From positions 62,001-126,000 of the forward strand of contig JAIVFI010000011.1 of NCBI GenBank assembly GCA_025558095.1: a DNA stretch of 64,000 nucleotides, given 5' to 3'. Under the pieces are notes generated by a model, which saw nothing but the letters and a program-made list of their open reading frames with translations, did no database searches and was not told the DNA's origin. Shown piece after piece: positions 42,945 to 54,049 of this stretch (position 1 is the stretch's first letter; every line of letters starts with the position of its first letter). The stretch is from Hyaloraphidium curvatum SAG 235-1. Taxonomy: Eukaryota > Fungi > Monoblepharomycota. Position numbers and translations under genes: made by a program.

Positions 42945-43691
42945 ATGGCGCCCAAGAACCTCCTCGTCCTCGGTGCCGCCGGCAACTTCGGGCGGCACCT
43001 CGCCGTCGGCGCGCTCGACGCCGGCCACGCCGTCTCGGTGCTCGTCCGCTCCCCGGACAAGCTCCCCGCCGAGATCCGCACCCGCGCCAAGGTGCTGCAG
43101 GCGGACCTCGCCGCCGCGTCGCCGGAGGAGCTGGCGGCGCTCATGGCGGGCCACGACGCGGTGCTGTGCTCCGCCGGCAACGTCACGCAGGGCGCCGAGT
43201 TCAACGCGCTGATCGACAACATCGCGTCGGCGGCCGAGCAGCTCCCGAAGGGCACGCCGGTGTGGTTCCTCGCCGGCGCCGCGCTGCTGGACTTCGATTC
43301 CGGGGGCAGGAAGGGCACGGACCTCCCAATCGTCGGCACGAAATTCGCCCCGCACGCCGCCAACCTGGCCCGCCTGGAGCGCAGCACCCTCGACTGGCGC
43401 CTGCTGTGCCCCGGGCCGATGGTCGACCGGCCCGCGGTGCCGCAGGAGGGAATCCGCGTCTCGGTGGACCGCTTGCCTGTGGACCTGCCCTGGGTGGGAT
43501 CCTACGTCGGCTGGCTGCCGGGGTTCGCGGTGCTGCCGCTGTTCGCGAGGGCGATACCCGAGGTCACGGTGCCGTACGCCAACGCGGCGGCGGTGGTGCT
43601 GGCCAATCTGGAACCGGGGGGTGAAATGTCGCGGAAGAGGGTGGGGCTGGCGCTGCCCCCGGGGATGCGGATGGTGAAGGAGGGTTACTAG
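42945..43691 (+). CDS. NAD(P)H-binding atypical SDR (BVR-B/flavin reductase-like), intronless
   Basis: LLVLGAAGNFG, GHAVSVLVRSPDKL, GHDAV, FLAGAA.L and S.LDW.LLCPG.M. Confidence 0.85.
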   Translation: MAPKNLLVLGAAGNFGRHLAVGALDAGHAVSVLVRSPDKLPAEIRTRAKVLQADLAAASPEELAALMAGHDAVLCSAGNVTQGAEFNALIDNIASAAEQLPKGTPVWFLAGAALLDFDSGGRKGTDLPIVGTKFAPHAANLARLERSTLDWRLLCPGPMVDRPAVPQEGIRVSVDRLPVDLPWVGSYVGWLPGFAVLPLFARAIPEVTVPYANAAAVVLANLEPGGEMSRKRVGLALPPGMRMVKEGY

Positions 43692-43825
43692 GGAATCGGG
43701 TGTGGTGGGACACGAAGGTCGAGGAGAGCCACAGGGATTCGAATGGCCATTGCACCCCACAGTCCCTCGGCTACTACACACGTCATCCGTTTTGCCGCCC
43801 ATTTTGCCTGTCCAACCATTCACGC

Positions 43826-45375
43826 TCACCCGCCGCACACGCACTCGATGGTGATGTCCACCTGCAGCGCCCTGAGCACCGTCCACAGCGCAAACGCCGC
43901 CGTCAGCGTCCCCCCCGCCGCCCTCCTCGCCATGCTCGCCGTCACGGGCACCCCCAGCAGCCTGGCCCCGGCACCGGCCACGTGCGCCTCGACCAGGTCG
44001 TGCAAGGCGGCGCGGTGCGCGAGGATGCGGTCCGCGAGGGGGGCGGGGGCGGGGGACGCGCGCGCGCGGGCGGCGAGGCGGGAGAGGGCGAGGGAGGCGG
44101 ATTTGATGGCCGCGGAGGTCTGGGAGATGCGGCCGTTGCCGTAGACCGCGTTGACGAGGGGGAAGAAGAGCGCATCGAGGCCCATGAGGAGGAGCGCGAC
44201 GGTGTAGACGGGTAGACAGCCGGCCGCGGTCTGCAGGACGGGGTGCGGAGGATCACCGACCGTTGCCGCAGGCCGCGCGGCGAACCTACGATGTAGACCA
44301 CCATGGCGATGGCTTCCGTCCCGAAAAAGAACCCGGCAAGCGCCACCATCTGCGGAAGCACGGTATCCTGCTGCCACCGCGCGGCCAGCAGAGGCACGAG
44401 GTCGAGGTACCAGCTCTCGCACGGCGCCGCCGGCCCTTCAACGCCACCGTCCACCATCCCACGGAAGTGCGCGACGAGCGAGTCCAGCGCGTGTCCCAGT
44501 GCGCGGCCTTCCAGCCGCCGCTCCAGGTCCCTCGCGACCAGGTTGTCCGTCATCGCGGCGCCGCCGAGCACGCTGACGAACTCGTTGTCCAGCAGCAGGG
44601 GGATCAGAAGGACGCCGGCGACAGCCCAGGGCGTCGTCCAGAGCTGGCCGCCGAGGGTCACCAAAAAGGTGAAGTAACGGGTGATATACATGAAGCAGAA
44701 GAGCAGAAGGATAATCGCCAGCGCCGCGACGCGCGCGGTTGCAGCGCGCCGGGGAACGGACCCGGCGCATTCGGCCCGCGGGCAGCAGCATCCGAGCAGG
44801 TCGTCGGCGCGATGCTGCAGAAGCAGGAAGGGGCTTTCCGAATCCTCGCTGGCAGATTTCCTTAGCATGTTGTAGCGCCAGAAGACGGCCTCGGGCCAGC
44901 CGTCCAGCGTGGCAACCTTGACGAACCCTCCCGAGACGGTGTCCGGCTTGCGCTCCTCCGGGTCGTCCCGCCGCGGCTGCCGGCCCCCGCTCCACGCGAG
45001 CCACCTCATCAGCGGCACCCCGAACGAGTACGCCGCATTTTCGAATGCGATCACGGCCACCGTCACGGCGAGCTGCCTCTGCCCGAAGCCGTGCGCGGGC
45101 CCGTTGATCCACAGGAAGGGCAGCATGACGGTGGCAGTGAACACATGGCCCACCGCGACGCGCAACAACAGCTGCGCGGAGTGCGGCGCCAGCGCCAACG
45201 AGGTCCACGTGAGCCCGCGGAGCACGCGGTTCGCGGAGGCGGCGTCGAGGGCCGCGGCGGAGGTCAGTGGCCGCGCGCGCCGCGCGTCGCGCCCGGGGTC
45301 CGGCGGCGGCAGCGGCGCGGGCAGGAGGCACAACGCTTCCTCCGGAGTTAGGAATCCAATGTCGGGCGCGTCCAT
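43826..45375 (-). CDS. 7-TM membrane protein, gustatory-receptor-like (7TMIC/GRL) architecture, copy B
   Basis: Two ORFs joined by an intron (about 44233-44286). Seven hydrophobic segments. Shares H..D..C.C..C, W.T.W, R.L..RA...AL..L, L...W, A.VV....GC.P.Y, LVN...N..I, R.LG and LW..LR.L...T...C with 38938-40510. Confidence 0.7.
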
Positions 45376-45642
45376 TTCACTGTGGGGGACAGTGACGTCT
45401 CGGGTTTAGGGGCGCACACGTCCCTTTTGCGGAGTCCGTCAAAGCAACGGTCGTGTGCCGTCAGCCTCTATCACAGGCGCTGACCGGAATTTCTCAACTA
45501 GCTCCCGGGGCTAAATCATCCTCGATTGAGACATGGCTTTGTAGTGTCCGCTCCCCAAGTTGATGAGCGGAGGATCGGGCGCTGTTGCGACCAAAGGGGA
45601 GGGAGGAGCTCAACAGAAACAGGCAGAAGGCGATGAAGTGAC

Positions 45643-46220
45643 TCAATTACGCCCGTGGAGTGTGTTCAATGGTCGAGACGTCACGACCACTGTCTGCAAG
45701 TTTCCTTGTGCCCTGCCCACGCAGCCCTCTGGCACACTCGGCCCCGCAGTACCGCGTGACCTTGCACCCCCCGCAGCGCCGCAGCCGATCGCCCTCGGCG
45801 CCACACCGGTCGCACGAGTCGGGCGCGATACCCTTGCGCGAGGCCCTGAACTCCCTCCGCACCTGGGGAATGCTCGCACGGCGCCAGCGGCCCCGCGCAG
45901 GATGAAGGCCACCTTGTCCGCGTGGTGGACGAGGAAGCGCAGGTCGGGGTTGCTGTAGCGCCCGAACATCTCGAAAAACAGGAACACCGCCTCCCATGGG
46001 CGGAAGTTCTCCATCATCGCGTTGGTCAGGCCAAAAAACGAGGCAAACGCTCGGACCGCGTCCTTCGCAAAATCCGGATCGGGATTCGGAGGCGGGCTGG
46101 CGCCACGCGGGGGGAAAGAGCTCCGTGAGGGAATTGATGACGTACCCGGCGTCAGTCGCGGGAAACCCGAACATCGTGCAGTCGCCGCTCGTCCGCGTAC
46201 GCTGGAACAGCGCACCCTAA
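45643..46220 (-). pseudogene. Degraded MYND zinc-finger gene
   Basis: CDRC.....RLRRCGGCKVTRYCGAEC is followed by a 2-nt insertion (gagtgTGccag); the shifted frame continues QRAAWAGHKETC. Further frameshifts lie upstream. Confidence 0.72.
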
Positions 46221-46966
46221 GGCGAACGAGGCCGCGCCATTAAGCAGGCGCAGGCCCGGGCAACGCGCCCGATAGGAGGTCCGCAAACTCCCACGTACCG
46301 TCGTCGCGTCGGCAGACCCGGTTGCTGGTCTCTCGGCGGCGGCGGCGCTCCGGCAACCCAAACACACACTAACCTGATTTCCGTTCCCAGAAGCCATCGT
46401 CGAGTTCCACCAAATCCACAAGTTCCACCAGGTCCGGGGAAGGGGAGGGCGAAACGGGTCGGGGAGGGAAGGAGGCCAGAGGTGAGCACGCGTTGATGAT
46501 GCCGGGCTGGGGGGTCGACGGGCGCCGCTGCTGCCGAGAGACCGAGCGTCGGGTGGTGACGGCCTTGAGTAGAAGCGGTGTGCAGGGGAGGCAGGGAGTG
46601 GAGGCGTCGGGCGAGGGTGGAGCTTTTGACAGCTGCGAACGAACCGGGGGCGAAGCGCTCAGCGAACGACCGGCGTTGCGCAAGCGTCGGGAACAGCAGA
46701 TTATTCCGAGGAATAATGAGCTTCACCCGCCCGCGAGAACAATCAGCCGGGGCGTCGAGAGCGGGCTTCACGTGAGCCTGGTCCCTGGTCCCGCGAGCAC
46801 CGTCCAGTACCACAAGCCGAGGAACACTCTATGCCAGCACCAAGCACAAGTCGACCGAGAGAACCGCTCCCGTGTCCGGAGTCAGGGTCCGAAGAGAGGG
46901 TTGGCGATCGGGGGCGTGGGTGACGGGACCGCCCAGCAGCGCACCAGAGAGCCCGATCTTATGCGA

Positions 46967-47765
46967 TCAGACCAACCAATGGCCGGGTGAAGCGCGGCAC
47001 CACCGGAGCACGTGCGCAAGCACGCCGAGACGAAGGGGAGGGGACGGAGAGTGGCAAGAGGTTGGTGTGTGCGATTGAACATTGCGTTGTAGGCCTCGGT
47101 CGGCGCGCGCCAGCCCGGGTTCGAGGGCTCGCCCGTCACTGGCTGCCCCGCGGCGGCGTCCGTGGCGCCCCAAATCGTCCTGCGTGCGGACGACCGCGGG
47201 CCCGCGAACTCGGCGAAGGCGGTGCGCAGGTGCGGTCATCCCGCCCGGAAGACCGCGAGCGCCGCCGACGGAGCTCGCGTCTCCCCCGCGGGTGGATGTG
47301 CTGACGTCCGTGAAGCTCAGGTAGCGCAGGGTCTTTGCGGCGGCCGCGATAAGCGCGTGCAGCCTGCCGAGGTCGGCCACCGCGCCGCAATGGAGCTCCT
47401 CGAGGTGCGAGCAAGGCCTTGGCATGTCCACCTCGGCCTCGAACTTGCCGGACAGGTAAAGCTTCCGCGCGTGTGAGAACTTGGCGGCCCCGTTTGGGCC
47501 GCCCAGGAACTTGCGAAGCAGCCGTTCCTGGCGGGCGTGGCCGCCGCCCTTCGGCCGGAAAACCACGCCCGTGCGGAGATCGACGGTCCGCAAAAAGAGC
47601 GGGAGGAAAAGCTGGCACATGTCGCGCGACGTCCTCATTAGGCGGGAGAGGTCCCGCGGCACCCGGCGCCCGTCAATGCCGTCCGCGAGGGTGAAGTTGG
47701 GCGGCGACCTCGAGCATGAGCTCCGGCGGAAGGACGCAGCCCGCCGCGTCCACGCTCTTCGTCAT
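46967..47765 (-). pseudogene. Degraded F-box-like/LRR-like gene
   Basis: MTKSVDAAGCVLPPELMLEVAA, then a +1 frameshift near 47700 into NFTL...LSRLMRTSRDMCQLFLPLFLRTVDL...LEELHC...LRYLSF. Confidence 0.6.
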
Positions 47766-47977
47766 CGTGTCGGACGCGCCATGGTGGCGCTGGGCCGGGC
47801 CGGCGGAGCGACGCGGCATCTCGAAGTTGCGAGTTTGCTTTCACGCTCGGAGATGGCGTGGCGCATCCAGTTCTGCGACCGGGACGAACGACGTTCTGGA
47901 TCGTGCCTATGGATCCTTTTGCAGATAGAGCAGCCTTCCCAGCGTTTACATGCGTGTAGATTCCCCTGGTGAATTGC

Positions 47978-48014
47978 GCAGTGCGCCAACCGATCTGCGC
48001 GGGCTGAAACAGTC
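47978..48014. repeat. 37-bp direct repeat, left copy
   Basis: gcagtgcgccaaccgatctgcgcgggctgaaacagtc, identical to 50792-50828. Confidence 0.93.
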
Positions 48015-48244
48015 CGCCCCAACAGCAGACGGTGCCACGCCGTTACGCCGGCGTCGACTAGGGGGAGATCCGCAAACTCCCAGGAGCAGGGGAACGTACC
48101 GGCGCGCCTCGGCAGCCCGACCTCGGCGGCGGCGACCCCGTAGACCAAGACCCCAGACCCGGACCACGCGAGAGGGTACTAACCTGTTGAGCGTTGCCGT
48201 TCTTCATGGTTGGAATTGCTGATCCCGATCCTCGCCGACGGCAA

Positions 48245-50569
48245 TCAAGCCCTGATCGTCAGCGCAGCCGTCCCGCTGCCCGCGTTCAGCGACGAGCTCC
48301 CGTCGAACCGCACGGCGACCGTCGCCCTCCCGACCCGCATCGATCTCGGTGCCGTGTACGCGAGGGTCGCCACCCCTTGCGCGTTGGTCCTTGCCCGCCC
48401 AACCACGGCGTTGTTGACCCTGAACGTGACCTGCACGCTCCCCACCGCGCGACGGTTGTCCGCCCGGGTGATCGTCGCGCGCAGCGTGACCCTCGCCCCG
48501 CGCCTCACGGAGGCGGCCGAAACCGAGATGCGAACGGCTACCTTCCGGGGTGCGCATCCGCTGGCCGTGGGGCAGTACGTGAAGAAGTAGTCGCTAGAGA
48601 GGACGCGGAAAAGGGTGCCCGGCGCCGCGCCGTAGCGACCATCGCCGCAAGCATTGGGATACATCCGGCAGACTGAAGTGCTGGGGTTGTAGTTGAACAC
48701 GTAGCAAGGGCCGACTTCGAGGCATGCGTCCTCGCAGCCACTTAGTGTCGTGACCGTCGTCTGTAGAGGAGTTCCGCAGCACGTCCTGCCGGATCCGCAG
48801 TCGACGAAGCTTGGTCCTTCCGGCGGCGGCGGGGGCGGAGGGGGCGGTGGCGGAGGAGGCGGGGGTGGAGGTGGTGATGGAGGTGTCGTGCGAACGTATC
48901 CCGAGATGTGCCAGGGCCGTGCCACGACCTCGTGGTAAGCTACCGCGCGTTCCACCACCCAGCAAAGATTTTCTCGTGCGTCCAAAGTCCATGCCGTGCA
49001 GGATGGTGTGTCGTAACAGAATCTGAAGCAGTCAACGGCATCGGAAAAGGTTACGCCGAAGGAAGCAGCCTGCAGCTCTGTTCCGATAAGGGCGTCAAAG
49101 CCGGGCGCAAGGGTCAAATGACGCGCAGCTCCATCGCATGAAAAGCTCGCGGACTTCCGGCACACCGATGCGATGCCGCTTTTGGTGGTTCCATGGGCAT
49201 AGAATGTGTGGAGACGGATAACCAGACCATCGTACTCGTAAGTTTCGCCGGGAGCGAGAGCAACGCGGCGTTGCGTTGCGCTGTACCATGGTTTAAAGCG
49301 CGGCTCATTCCAGATTGTAACGGTCAGGCGGTCCGCCACAGCAGGCTGGAGATCGTCCTTGTTCATGTCCGCATTTCCGACGAAGGCGATGTAGAAATCC
49401 CATCCGCCTTCGCTGACCAGCGCAATTTTGAGACCGGCTGTAGGTGATGTGACGAAATTCGGCAGTTCGCGGAGCGTGAGACCACCTTGTGGGAGCGAAA
49501 GCACGATCGGTTCATCCCAGCCAAGGGCCCATTGTTCCGCACCATTGAAGCATCGCGCCCCAGCGCCGACTTCGGAGACCAGATCGTACACATCCTCAGG
49601 TGGTCCCATGGAATGGTCGATGCCAAGGTTGTGTCCGCCCTCGTGCATGAGCAGACCGGGGAAATAGCCGTTTCCTCCAAGGATGGTCATGCGAGGATGA
49701 TTGAAGTAAGCATGTGCCCACCATCCACACGTAGTTGACGGCCAAATGTAGATGGCGAATCTGTACCTGCCGTCCTCGATGTTTCCCCACGAGGCCAAGG
49801 CGTCGCGCGAGAGCTGCTCCAGGTGCTGCGTGGCTGTACCTTGCCCAGTTGTGCTTGGAACATCGTCCGGGCACCCCTGGGTGAACAATCCAGGGTACGG
49901 GCAGCCTAGGTCAATGTCCGCAATGTGCGAGTTCTCCCGCCGAATCCAAAAACGGTTGTGGGAGCAGTACTGCAACCTGTTGGCAAAGCTCTCCCACGAG
50001 TCAAAGAGGGCGGTGGTGATTCCATCATGCGTGACATCGGGTGTGATGCCGCAGATGGTAACTCGCACGGTCAAGCTCGCCACTCCGCCAAGGGATGCCA
50101 TTCTGCCGTCCGCTGCCATTTGATCCGCGGCGGCGTCATGGGCCGCGATGTCCAGCGCGACGTCCAACGCCCTTAAAGCAGTCGCCCGAAGCACGCCATC
50201 TTTTCCGGCGGTCAGATCCGCCTCGACAATGGTCTTCGTGGCTGCTGCATTTCGGATCCACGCGGCATCGCGGCCCCCGAAGCCGTCGAGGGGGATCCCG
50301 TGCAGTGAAGAGTTGAGCGGCCGCAGCTCAGCCCTGAGCTCGTTCAACAAGATGGCAAAGCTTGCATTCCCGGGCTTAACGAAGAAGGAGAGGAGCTGCA
50401 GGGTTCCTTGTACGGTGTGCTGCGGAGCGGGCGTGTTGGTGGGGGTAGCGCTGGCTGTTGGCGACTTGGAGGGCGTCGCGGCTCCCTCGCCGGCGGTGGC
50501 CGAGCAGAAAAGCAGGCACAAGATCACAAGAGCTCCCAGAAGAGTGAAGATCCTGGCCGGCGGCGACAT
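48245..50569 (-). CDS. Secreted metzincin protease, M11 gametolysin-like, with PAN-like, polyPro, Cys-rich and Ig-like domains; intronless
   Basis: Signal peptide, LQYCS, CGW.A.A, HEGGHNLGIDHS, RCFN...WALGW, PAN-like CFRFCYDTPSCTAWT......CW, polyPro, and C-terminal VTLRAT....V.F.....VG.A.TNAQG.ATL.Y. Confidence 0.82.
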   Translation of the reverse strand: MSPPARIFTLLGALVILCLLFCSATAGEGAATPSKSPTASATPTNTPAPQHTVQGTLQLLSFFVKPGNASFAILLNELRAELRPLNSSLHGIPLDGFGGRDAAWIRNAAATKTIVEADLTAGKDGVLRATALRALDVALDIAAHDAAADQMAADGRMASLGGVASLTVRVTICGITPDVTHDGITTALFDSWESFANRLQYCSHNRFWIRRENSHIADIDLGCPYPGLFTQGCPDDVPSTTGQGTATQHLEQLSRDALASWGNIEDGRYRFAIYIWPSTTCGWWAHAYFNHPRMTILGGNGYFPGLLMHEGGHNLGIDHSMGPPEDVYDLVSEVGAGARCFNGAEQWALGWDEPIVLSLPQGGLTLRELPNFVTSPTAGLKIALVSEGGWDFYIAFVGNADMNKDDLQPAVADRLTVTIWNEPRFKPWYSATQRRVALAPGETYEYDGLVIRLHTFYAHGTTKSGIASVCRKSASFSCDGAARHLTLAPGFDALIGTELQAASFGVTFSDAVDCFRFCYDTPSCTAWTLDARENLCWVVERAVAYHEVVARPWHISGYVRTTPPSPPPPPPPPPPPPPPPPPPEGPSFVDCGSGRTCCGTPLQTTVTTLSGCEDACLEVGPCYVFNYNPSTSVCRMYPNACGDGRYGAAPGTLFRVLSSDYFFTYCPTASGCAPRKVAVRISVSAASVRRGARVTLRATITRADNRRAVGSVQVTFRVNNAVVGRARTNAQGVATLAYTAPRSMRVGRATVAVRFDGSSSLNAGSGTAALTIRA

Positions 50570-50791
50570 CGTGCCGGTGCTGGAGAGGGCGAGACGCCGT
50601 CTGAGAACCCTCACGGTCCCCCGTCGCAGTCCCGCGCCAACTCACCCAGGGGGCTCCAGCGTCCGCTCGGGCACGCGTTCGGTGCCGATTCCAACGTTTT
50701 GGGCTGCTCCGTGAGCCGGCGCTCCGCGGCCCCCGAGCCGGACCGAGTTGGCCGTTAGTCAAGGACTGCGAGCCTAAACTCAGGGGATCGT

Positions 50792-50828
50792 GCAGTGCGC
50801 CAACCGATCTGCGCGGGCTGAAACAGTC
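50792..50828. repeat. 37-bp direct repeat, right copy
   Basis: Identical to 47978-48014. A further partial copy, tgaaacagtccgcccc, lies at about 50884-50899. Confidence 0.93.
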
Positions 50829-51067
50829 GCCGATGCGGCCTAATGTTTTGTAGACGTTCACGAGAAGTAGATCCGTCAGACCTTGAAACAGTCCGCCCCC
50901 CTGCGCTCCAGCTGTCGCCACGGTTCGCCGATGTCGAGGACAGACGACGAGCAAAATGTCTTCAAGTCGTTTTCCCATCATCCTTCCTGCTACGTAAATC
51001 GGCAATAGACACAGCCTTCCGCCCCGCCCCGTGCTGCAGCGCCTACCCCACTCGCCTCCATCGTTCG

Positions 51068-53367
51068 TCACCGCATCGACGTGGTCGACCCCACGTACAT
51101 CGACGTCGTCGATCCCTGGTACATCGAACCCCCGTAATCGCTGCTGCTCCCCGCGCCCGCGTTGGCGATGATCCAGTTCGCGTACTGCGGCACGCGGAAC
51201 CCGTCAGCCCCTCCGAGCATCTCAACCCGGAACGGGAAACCCACCTGCCCCTCGATCTGCTCCCTGTACAGCCCCAGGTAGTACTCGTACGCCTGCTGCT
51301 GCTGCTGCGGCGCGGCCTGGGGATACTGCGCCCTCACGTGCTCCGCGATCGGCCCCGCGTACTGCGCCAGCTGCGCGTTGATCTGCGCGTCCACCTGCGC
51401 CCTCGCGTCGGGGGGCAGCTGCGCCAGGTACGCCGAGGGCGATAAGGGCGCGCGCTGCGAGGCGAGGAGGTGCTGCTGCTGCGCGCGCATCTGCGCCTGC
51501 GCCTGGGCCTGCTGCGCCTGGAGCTGCTGCATCTGCGCGAGCTGTGCGCGGCGGATGCGGTCCATGGTGGAGGAGTTGAGGCGGCCGGCCTCGGAGGAGA
51601 GCTGCACGGAGAGGGGGGAGAAGGAGGGATCGGTGGGGGAGGAGGGTTGCGCGGTGGCGGGGGGTGCCAACGATCCCGACGGGGGCGGTGCGCCGGCGGA
51701 CCGCGAGGAGGCCGTACGCTGCACCTGGTTCCCGCCGGACCGCGTGCCCATGACGGCGCCGGTGGTCACGACGGTCGCGGCGGTGTAGCTCTGCGGCTTC
51801 GGTGCCGGCGCGGCCGCCGGCGCTGGCGCTGGCGCCGGTGCCGCCCCCGGAGCCGGCGCGGAGGCCCAACTCCCAGCCGCTTCGCCCGTCACCAGGTGGT
51901 CGCTCAAACTCGCCCCCGTATCCGATCTCGCCGCCTGCTTCCTCGCGTACTGCGCCGCCTGTTCCTGCGTGAGCGCCTTGCCGTCCACCATGACGGCCGG
52001 CATAGTGTGCGCGGCGGCGATGAGCGCGTCCTTCTCCTTCTTGCGCATCGACATCATCATCTCCTCCTTGGTGCGGTGGAACTTGATGAGCGCGGCGATC
52101 TTGATGCCGAGGGACGCGACCATGAAGGCCGTCGCGAGGCAGGCGACTGGGATGGGGTGGGCAGTCAGCTCCGCCGGCGCCGAGGGTTGCACGTCCTGGA
52201 AACCCACAGTAGAACCCCACGCCGAACGTCCAAGCCTGGTACGGCGTCAGACTCGCCGGAATCCGGGTGATCATTACGATCATCATGGCGAACGCCGCCA
52301 TCCAGGTGGCGTTGGCCACCATGTTGGCCCCGGCGACGAAGTAGAAGGATTTGCGGCCGTTGGTGCAGAAGAAGGCGGCCACCGGGACGATGGTGAGGAA
52401 GAACATGGCGAACTGGCGCAACAGGCGGGTCAGTTGCGGAAGAAAAGTGGGCAGTGTGGGCGGGTCGCCGACGAACCATGGTGAGGATGGGCATGGAGAA
52501 CATCCACGGCTTGCCGAAGAGTTGGAAGCCCCACGGGTTGCTGAACCACAGCACACACGCGTCTGTGATACCCGAGCCTGGCAGCTTCGGGAATGTGCAC
52601 TGAAGAAGGAGGTGAGCAGGACACCGTGAGGTTTGGGGCCGTGGCTTCCAGCCGAGTCATCCCACCTGCCCCCAGATGCCCGTGTACACGTCGACGCCCG
52701 GCACACCGTTATACGTCGCGGCGGTATATGCCGTCCAGGTGAGGGTCAAGTTCCAGGTGGCGATGCCCGACGTGGCGGAGACGATAAAGACCAGGGCGGC
52801 AAAGTCGAGGCAGAAGGACGCCAGGATGGCCAGCGCCCGCCCCTTTGTGTTCTTGCCCACGCGTGCCTTCATGGTCTGCGAGAACGTGCTCTCCATTTTG
52901 GAAATCGTTGCCGAGAAGAGGTTCTGGCCCCCCTCGGGGGCCTGCAGGCTCTCGACCGACGACACGTCCGAGTCGTCGTCCAGGTCGTCGTCCGCGGCGG
53001 CGCCCACGGGGCCCAGCGGGATGCCCGAGTCCAGGTACTGGTTAGCGTACGGCTGGCGCGTCGGCGGCACCTGCGGGTACGCCGGCGGCGAGGCCGGCGA
53101 CGAGACCGGCGTGGGGTACGCGCCCGCCGCGCCGTACACCTGGCCGTTGATCCCGTTCATCCCGGGCGCCGCGGGCTGCTGAGAGCCCATCTGCCCCTGA
53201 GACGCCGCCGGCGCGGCATAGGCCGGGTAGGCGCCGGGGACCTGGAGCGAGCCGCCCTGCCCGCCGCCGCCCCCGCCGCCCCCCGCCGCCGCCGGCGCGC
53301 CGTACCCCGCGGCACTCGTGGGGGGCAGCGCCGGCGACGGCTGGTACAGGAATTCGGAGGCGTTCAT
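51068..53367 (-). CDS. Four-TM claudin/SUR7-like membrane protein with Pro/Ala/Gln-rich termini, 4 exons
   Basis: Spliced reading: TM1-W...VYTGIWGQ|..DAC..TM2..TM3..WTFGVGFY|TM4, with long low-complexity N- and C-termini. Confidence 0.6.
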
Positions 53368-54049
53368 CGGCGCATGGGGGTGGGCGGGGGAGCGCCTGGC
53401 CTGACCGATGCCCCGCGTCCTTTGTCCTTGGCCGCCGCAGCACCGTGACCTCACCGTCCCCCGTCAGCGCGATGGCCGGAACAAACGATCACGCGACAAA
53501 TGCTGGGCAAGCCATCTAACAACGACCAGTTACTGCCGATCCGGTGGTTCCCGCCAAACAGGGGACGATAGGGCCGCGAAGAGTTTCTGGGGGACGCGTG
53601 GACGGCAGGGGCCACTTGAGGACCGACAAACATCGAGATTGGTACCGACCACGGTCGACTTTTCCGGCTCCCACGGATTCATCAATGCCACCGAACTTAT
53701 CGGTGCTGCATCGAACTGGTGAATATCCGTGTCAAGGGGAGGGGTGCCTTGTGTAACACGCCCTAGCGGCCTTCGGCTGCGCACAAGCGGCTGACTCCGG
53801 CGCTTAGTTACGATGCTCACCATTAGGATCTTTCTTTGTTTACATCTTGGAAGCTTGGATAGGACGTCGTCAAGGACCTGGGGGATGCCGCTGACGAACA
53901 GCACCGTCCAGCGGTTGCGTCCCATTCCACCCCACCCCCGGCCGGATCCGCGGGTGCAGGCTCTTGGCGCCGCCGGCGCAACGTTCCCGATGTCGTTGGC
54001 TTCGTCGCCGGCGGGCGTCGGGCGCCGGACCCTCAGCAACCGGGACCCA

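Noticed and set aside
38938-45375. The 7-TM proteins as GPCRs or microbial rhodopsins
   Set aside because: The loop and charge pattern implies an intracellular N-terminus and a very short C-terminus; there is no DRY/NPxxY motif and no TM7 retinal Lys.
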